From an uncultured bacterium (GTDB lineage Bacteria; Pseudomonadota; Alphaproteobacteria; MED-G09), in contig CAXFAF010000002.1 in the NCBI GenBank assembly GCA_964001285.1, positions 11,613 through 75,612 of the forward strand: 64,000 nt of DNA. The letters are read 5' to 3'. Made by a program: the position numbers and the translations under genes. This document shows positions 59,170-64,000 of this stretch, one piece after another. Within the stretch, counting starts at the first letter, position 1. Each line of letters begins with the position of its first letter. The notes beneath the pieces are model-generated. The model worked only from the letters and a program-made list of their open reading frames with translations. It ran no database searches and was not told the origin of the DNA.

Positions 59170-59191
59170 TATGTTGTATTTATACAACATA
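59170..59191. promoter_or_regulatory. Palindromic operator candidate TATGTTGTAT-TT-ATACAACATA
   Basis: Perfect 10-bp arms about 100 nt upstream of the TBDR start; shares the ATGTT-N10-AACAT core with 54870-54889. Confidence 0.6.
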
Positions 59192-59289
59192 TTTATCTAA
59201 TTTTGTAATATATTTATATTATAAGTTTGGTTTTTTCTCAAAAAGCATGTATTACAGACTTTCAAAATAAACCTGGGGGGGTATTTTTA

Positions 59290-61536
59290 ATGAAAATTTT
59301 AAAATATTTTGTATTATTCGCTTTGATATTTTCAGTTTCTTTTATTGATGATGTTAAAGCTCAAGATAATTCTTCTTCATATACAATTGAAGAAATTATC
59401 GTAACAGCTCGTAAAAGAGCTGAGTCAATCCAAGATGTTCCTGTTGCTGTTTCTGCTTTAAGTGTAGAACAAATAGAAAGAGGAAATATTCAAAGAGTTC
59501 AAGATTTAGAAAAACTTGTTCCAAATGTTGAATTATCTGATATGGCTTTTGCCGGTGGCGCAATGAGTGCTGCTATTCGTGGCTTGACTTTTGATGATTT
59601 AGAAAAAACTTTTGAAACTACAGTTGGTGTAGTTATTGATGGAGTCTTTGCGGCTTCCAACTCAGGGGTTGATTTAGATCTTTTTGACCTTGAAGCAGTT
59701 GAAATTCTTCGTGGTCCTCAAGGAACATTATTCGGAAGAAATACAATTGGTGGTGTTATAAATATCACTCGAACTAAGCCGACACGAGAACTTGGTGTAA
59801 AAATTAAAGTTGATATTGAAGAAGACAATACAAACGATACAAAAATAGTTCTTAACGCTCCTTTAGGTGACAATGGTGGGGTAAAGGTTGCTTTAAGAAA
59901 ACTTGAAAGTGATAGCTTTATGTTTAATGTTACTCAAAATCAAAGAGAAAAACTAAGAGATGTTCAATCAGCGTCTGTAGTAGTTGATTTTGATCCAGTA
60001 GAAAATGTAAATGTGAATTTTACCTTTGATAATTATAATGATAATTCACAACACAATCTCCTTAATATAACAGAATTTTACATTAATAAAATTGGAGCTC
60101 CTCAAGGTGTTTTTGCTCTTTTAGGTCAAGGCGCTGCAACTTCAGGTGATTTATCTGCAGCTAATGATTATGAGACAGTATATTCTGCTTATCCATTTTT
60201 AAGTGGTATTCAAGGTAATAACATGATTTTAAGGTTGGAATGGGAGTTAGATAATCATACTTTGAAACTAATTTCTGGCAACAACGACTTTGCTGAAGTT
60301 ATGGATATTTGTTCTTGGGGTTCAGCTGGTGCAGTAGTTACACCTAATTGTGTTTTCCCAGTTGTAAGAGATCAAAATTATGAACAAACATCTCATGAGA
60401 TTCAACTTATTTCAAATTTAGATGGTCCATTAAATTATACTTTAGGTATTTTCACTATTGAAACTGAAGCCAATATGGATTCTGGACCTGTTCAAAACTT
60501 TAGATCTGTTCAAGAAGCTGAAGCTTCTGCTTTTTTTGCTGACCTAACTTATGATGTTAGTGATGATTGGACATTAGGTTTAGGAGTTAGGTATACAGAT
60601 GAAGAAAAAGATTTTAGTATTCAAACTTATGCATCTGTAGATAATAAAGTAGCGAGAACACCAACAATTCTAGATTTATCTAGAGGTTTTAAAGATGATA
60701 ACCTTCAACACAAAGTTGTTATACAAAGAAACACAGACTTTGGTATGGTTTATCTTTCACATTCAACTGGTTTCCGTTCAGGTGGTTTCAATGCTAGAGG
60801 TACAACACTCCAATCTGTTGGCCCTTATAATTCAGAAGAAGTAGAAACAATAGAATTAGGTCTACGTAGTGAATTATTTGACAATAGAGTAGTATTAAAT
60901 TTAACAGCTTTCACTAATGATTATACTGATAAGCAGGAAGTTATCGTGACACCAGGTGATGGTACAATTGTTGTTGATGGCGTACCGCAAACTTGTGGAG
61001 CGACATGTACATTTGTTCGTAATGCTGGTGAAGTATCAATTGATGGCTTTGAAATTGAAGGAACTTTTAGGGCTACTGAAGCTTTAACTTTTAGGACTGC
61101 GATAGGTTTCCTTGATTCAGGTTATGATAAGTTTGAATATGATGGTCAAGATGTTGCTGCTGCTGCTCAATTGAATTTTGCTCCTGATTATACAGCTAGT
61201 TTAAGTTGGGATTATGTAACTAATTGGCAAGGCGGTGAATTAATTTTTGCAGGAACCTTTTCTGCAAAAGATGAATTTTATGGAAGATTTGATCCAGCCG
61301 TTTATAACTATGAGTTAGGCGCTGATATGTCTGTTGAGAAAGCTGAAAAATTAGATTTATCTCTAACTTATAACAGAGAATTAGCAAATGGTGGAGCTAT
61401 GAGCCTTACAATCTTTGGTAATGATATTCTTGAAGAAGGAGCATATATCGTTCGTCCATTTGATGCTGGTGCATTCGCTTTTGCTACAATCCAAAAACGT
61501 CAACATTTCGGAATTTCTTTAGGTTTTGAATTTTAA
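59290..61536 (+). CDS. TonB-dependent receptor
   Basis: Signal peptide, TonB box IEEIIVTARKR, VEILRGPQGTLFGRNTIGG, GFRSGGFN, C-terminal FEF; start moved to ATG 59290. Confidence 0.95.
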   Translation: MKILKYFVLFALIFSVSFIDDVKAQDNSSSYTIEEIIVTARKRAESIQDVPVAVSALSVEQIERGNIQRVQDLEKLVPNVELSDMAFAGGAMSAAIRGLTFDDLEKTFETTVGVVIDGVFAASNSGVDLDLFDLEAVEILRGPQGTLFGRNTIGGVINITRTKPTRELGVKIKVDIEEDNTNDTKIVLNAPLGDNGGVKVALRKLESDSFMFNVTQNQREKLRDVQSASVVVDFDPVENVNVNFTFDNYNDNSQHNLLNITEFYINKIGAPQGVFALLGQGAATSGDLSAANDYETVYSAYPFLSGIQGNNMILRLEWELDNHTLKLISGNNDFAEVMDICSWGSAGAVVTPNCVFPVVRDQNYEQTSHEIQLISNLDGPLNYTLGIFTIETEANMDSGPVQNFRSVQEAEASAFFADLTYDVSDDWTLGLGVRYTDEEKDFSIQTYASVDNKVARTPTILDLSRGFKDDNLQHKVVIQRNTDFGMVYLSHSTGFRSGGFNARGTTLQSVGPYNSEEVETIELGLRSELFDNRVVLNLTAFTNDYTDKQEVIVTPGDGTIVVDGVPQTCGATCTFVRNAGEVSIDGFEIEGTFRATEALTFRTAIGFLDSGYDKFEYDGQDVAAAAQLNFAPDYTASLSWDYVTNWQGGELIFAGTFSAKDEFYGRFDPAVYNYELGADMSVEKAEKLDLSLTYNRELANGGAMSLTIFGNDILEEGAYIVRPFDAGAFAFATIQKRQHFGISLGFEF

Positions 61537-61559
61537 TTTTAAAGATTTTTAATTAATTG

Positions 61560-61588
61560 AAAGGGCGCTTTTTGCGCCCTTTTTTTTT
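61560..61588 (+). terminator. Rho-independent terminator
   Basis: AAAGGGCGC-TTTTT-GCGCCCTTT followed by a T tract. Confidence 0.92.
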
Positions 61589-61678
61589 AACTATATTGAG
61601 TCCACATCAAAAGAGAATCATCTTATTAATTAGCAATTATTTTTAATATTAATAACCATCTTTGTGGGGAGGATAAAT

Positions 61679-63898
61679 ATGAAATATATCAAATTCTTAC
61701 TAATTCTATTGTTAATGCCTAGTGTACAATCTTTTGCTCAAGCAGATGAAGGTACACAATTTTCTGGTTTAGAAGAAATAATTGTTACAGCTAGAAAAAG
61801 AGAGGAGCCGCTTCAAGAGACACCTGTTGCTGTTACAGCTTTAACTGAAGCTAAGCTTGATAAAATGTTTGCTACGGATCTACAAGATCTCGATATGCAA
61901 GTGCCAAATACTATAATAAGCAGGATTAGCTCTTTTAATAATTCTGTTTCGGTTTTTATGCGAGGAATAGGTAATACAGATATTGATTCAACCATTGATC
62001 CACCTGTAGCTATTTTTGTAGACGGAATTTATATTCCACGACCAAATAATAGTGCCATAGATATGTTCGATATTGAGCAAGTAGAAGTTATGCGTGGTCC
62101 TCAAGGAACTCTTTTTGGTCGAAACACTACAGCTGGTGCAATTCAATTTAGAACGAAAAGACCTACTGGCGAATTCGGAACTTCTGGTAGGATAACATTA
62201 GGTGAATACGGAAGACGTGATGTGCGTTTATCCGTTGAGTCTCCTTTAACAGATAACATCAGCGCCAAAATCTCTGTGCTCCAACAAAAATTTGATGGTT
62301 ATTATCAAATGAAAATAAAAAATCATCCTAGTTACGATGTAGGAGCTAGACATCCTTATGATGACAGAGGTCAGTTAAGAGACGCTGGTGGCGAAGATGT
62401 ATATGCTGTGAGACCTATTATTAAATTCAATCCAACGGAAAATTTTGAATTAACAATAATTGGTGAATACATAAAAGAAAGAAGTGATACAAGGCCACAG
62501 ATTAATACTTCTATACCTAGCCAAGTTTTAGCTAGAGTATACGGATTTCCCGGAGCTCCGTTTGGTGCAGAAAGAAGATATCTAGAAACAAATGTTTATT
62601 CTTTTATTAATGTTGATACCAAAGGTTTAACAGTTGAAGCAGTTTGGGAATTGGACAGTGGTACATTAACTTCAGTTAGTAACTGGCGTGAAACAGAGTA
62701 CCTGATGAGAGGTGAAGTTGACTGGACCACCGCACCAATGTTTGAAATTGTCCGTGATGAACCCCATGAGCAACAATCCACTGAATTAAGATATCAAACA
62801 AGTATTAATGATAGAACAGAGTTAGTCGCTGGTATCTATTATTTTGAACAAGATTACTTTCTCAGAAGAGATACTTACATTAATACATCCGGTGCTTTCA
62901 CTGCGCACATTATTGGCCTTACAAGTCAAAGCCATCAAAATATGGCGGTATTTGCTCAGGTTGACTATCAAATTAATGACAAGCTCGGGTTGACTGTTGG
63001 TGGTAGATATACAGAGGAAGAGAAAGATTTCATGCAAGCTCCTTTTGGCGTCACACCTGGTGCAAAGATCTACACAGATGATGAGTGGTCTAATTTTGGC
63101 CCCAAGGTAGGTCTTGACTATCAAATCAATGATGATGCTATGGTGTATGTGTCCTTATCAAGAGGTTTCAAAAGTGGAGGGTTTAATGGAAGAGGTGGAA
63201 CGCCTACAACATTAGGGCCTTTCGATGAAGAAACCGTTGATGCTTTAGAAATTGGCTTAAAAGCAGACTGGTGGGATAACAAACTAAGGACAAATGCAGT
63301 TATATTCCTTAATAGATATGAGGATCTTCAAAGAACTATCATTCGAAACTTGGTTAATTGTGGATGCCCAAATCCTCAGGAAACAGTTACTGATAACGCA
63401 GCTGAAGCTGAGATAAGTGGATTTGAATTGGAAATTGATTATGTGCCAAACGAGAATCTTAATTTAGGTCTAGCTCTAGCGTATACAGATGCAGGATATG
63501 AAGAGTTCTTCGCTGATTTAAATGGCTCTGGTACAGCTGTAGATAATTCAGGCTTACCTTTACAAAGAGCTCCTGAATGGCATGCGTTATTCCGATTTGA
63601 TTATACTGTCGATATGGATAGTGGCGCTGCTGTTACCTTAGGTGGTAATTATATGTACAGAAGTGAGCTTAATAACCATACAGCAGGGAATCCTTTGGCG
63701 AATGTCGGAGAAATTGACATTATAAATCTTCATCTCGACTATGTGCCGCCTTCCGGTAATTATAGAGTATCTTTATATGGTAAAAATGTAACTGATGAAA
63801 TTTATCAAACAAGTGCAACTCTTGTTGGAGCTCTTTTACATTTGAACGGCATTAGTGATCCAGCAAGATTTGGTATAGAAATCGGCTGGGACTTCTAA
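61679..63898 (+). CDS. TonB-dependent receptor
   Basis: Signal peptide, LEEIIVTARKREE, VEVMRGPQGTLFGRNTTAG, GFKSGGFN, C-terminal WDF; start moved to ATG 61679 after GGGGAGG. Confidence 0.95.
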   Translation: MKYIKFLLILLLMPSVQSFAQADEGTQFSGLEEIIVTARKREEPLQETPVAVTALTEAKLDKMFATDLQDLDMQVPNTIISRISSFNNSVSVFMRGIGNTDIDSTIDPPVAIFVDGIYIPRPNNSAIDMFDIEQVEVMRGPQGTLFGRNTTAGAIQFRTKRPTGEFGTSGRITLGEYGRRDVRLSVESPLTDNISAKISVLQQKFDGYYQMKIKNHPSYDVGARHPYDDRGQLRDAGGEDVYAVRPIIKFNPTENFELTIIGEYIKERSDTRPQINTSIPSQVLARVYGFPGAPFGAERRYLETNVYSFINVDTKGLTVEAVWELDSGTLTSVSNWRETEYLMRGEVDWTTAPMFEIVRDEPHEQQSTELRYQTSINDRTELVAGIYYFEQDYFLRRDTYINTSGAFTAHIIGLTSQSHQNMAVFAQVDYQINDKLGLTVGGRYTEEEKDFMQAPFGVTPGAKIYTDDEWSNFGPKVGLDYQINDDAMVYVSLSRGFKSGGFNGRGGTPTTLGPFDEETVDALEIGLKADWWDNKLRTNAVIFLNRYEDLQRTIIRNLVNCGCPNPQETVTDNAAEAEISGFELEIDYVPNENLNLGLALAYTDAGYEEFFADLNGSGTAVDNSGLPLQRAPEWHALFRFDYTVDMDSGAAVTLGGNYMYRSELNNHTAGNPLANVGEIDIINLHLDYVPPSGNYRVSLYGKNVTDEIYQTSATLVGALLHLNGISDPARFGIEIGWDF

Positions 63899-63915
63899 AA
63901 ACTAAATTCTTTAAA

Positions 63916-63947
63916 AAAGCGGTCAATTTATTGACCGCTTTACTTTT
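63916..63947 (+). terminator. Rho-independent terminator
   Basis: AAAGCGGTCAAT-TT-ATTGACCGCTTT followed by ACTTTT. Confidence 0.85.
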
Positions 63948-64000
63948 AAATCTTACAGTGATTATCTTATGACTTAAACTTTGGAGGGGTTGTGTCTATG

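Noticed and set aside
181-63124. Numerous 60-160 aa alternative ORFs in the track (e.g. 181-495, 11452-11802, 19088-19459, 27984-28469, 43306-43677, 58030-58401, 62822-63124)
   Set aside because: They lie antisense or out of frame within well-supported genes and have no recognisable motifs; shadow ORFs
61679-63898. Slightly higher GC of the second TBDR as a horizontal-transfer island
   Set aside because: Impression from a few lines only; no integrase, tRNA or flanking repeats; needs a computed codon/GC profile
1-64000. CRISPR arrays, tRNA/rRNA, IS elements, prophage or defence systems
   Set aside because: No spaced repeats, cloverleafs, transposase, integrase or nuclease motifs seen, and the spacers are too short to hold most of them

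Overview
AT-rich (roughly one third GC, judged by eye), densely packed bacterial chromosome segment with about 57 complete genes. Acs, MmsB, MoaA and RpoN look alphaproteobacterial, so a streamlined, probably marine alphaproteobacterium is the best inference. I see no rRNA, tRNA, CRISPR, transposase or phage genes. Most genes are catabolic: three acyl-CoA ligases plus Acs, four acyl-CoA dehydrogenases, two Rieske oxygenases and a Rieske ferredoxin, a P450, a PQQ quinohemoprotein, an AcoABC-like complex, two ThuA-like proteins, SDR/MaoC/NTF2/HCCA-isomerase paralogues and two TonB-dependent receptors. There is also an RND pump, moaA, rpoN and a sigma54-driven torF-amtB operon with no glnK. Best leads: (1) the amtB 3' UTR folds into a hairpin exposing an anti-Shine-Dalgarno loop (UUCUCCUCCC) directly before the terminator, a candidate nitrogen-responsive 3'UTR-derived sRNA with a 9-10 nt complementary site at a TonB-receptor RBS; (2) a SauS-like CoA-acylating aldehyde dehydrogenase sits where mmsA usually lies in the valine/isobutyrate operon; (3) a Rieske/ferredoxin/SDR/ThuA-pair/AcoABC/TBDR divergon carries two copies of an ATGTT-N10-AACAT palindrome and may encode an uncharacterised diol to acyloin to ThDP C-C cleavage route; (4) an inverted sigma54 site lies in the rpoN promoter. 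Functional calls come from motif recognition by eye, not database searches. Several ORF-track starts were moved to SD-supported ATGs.
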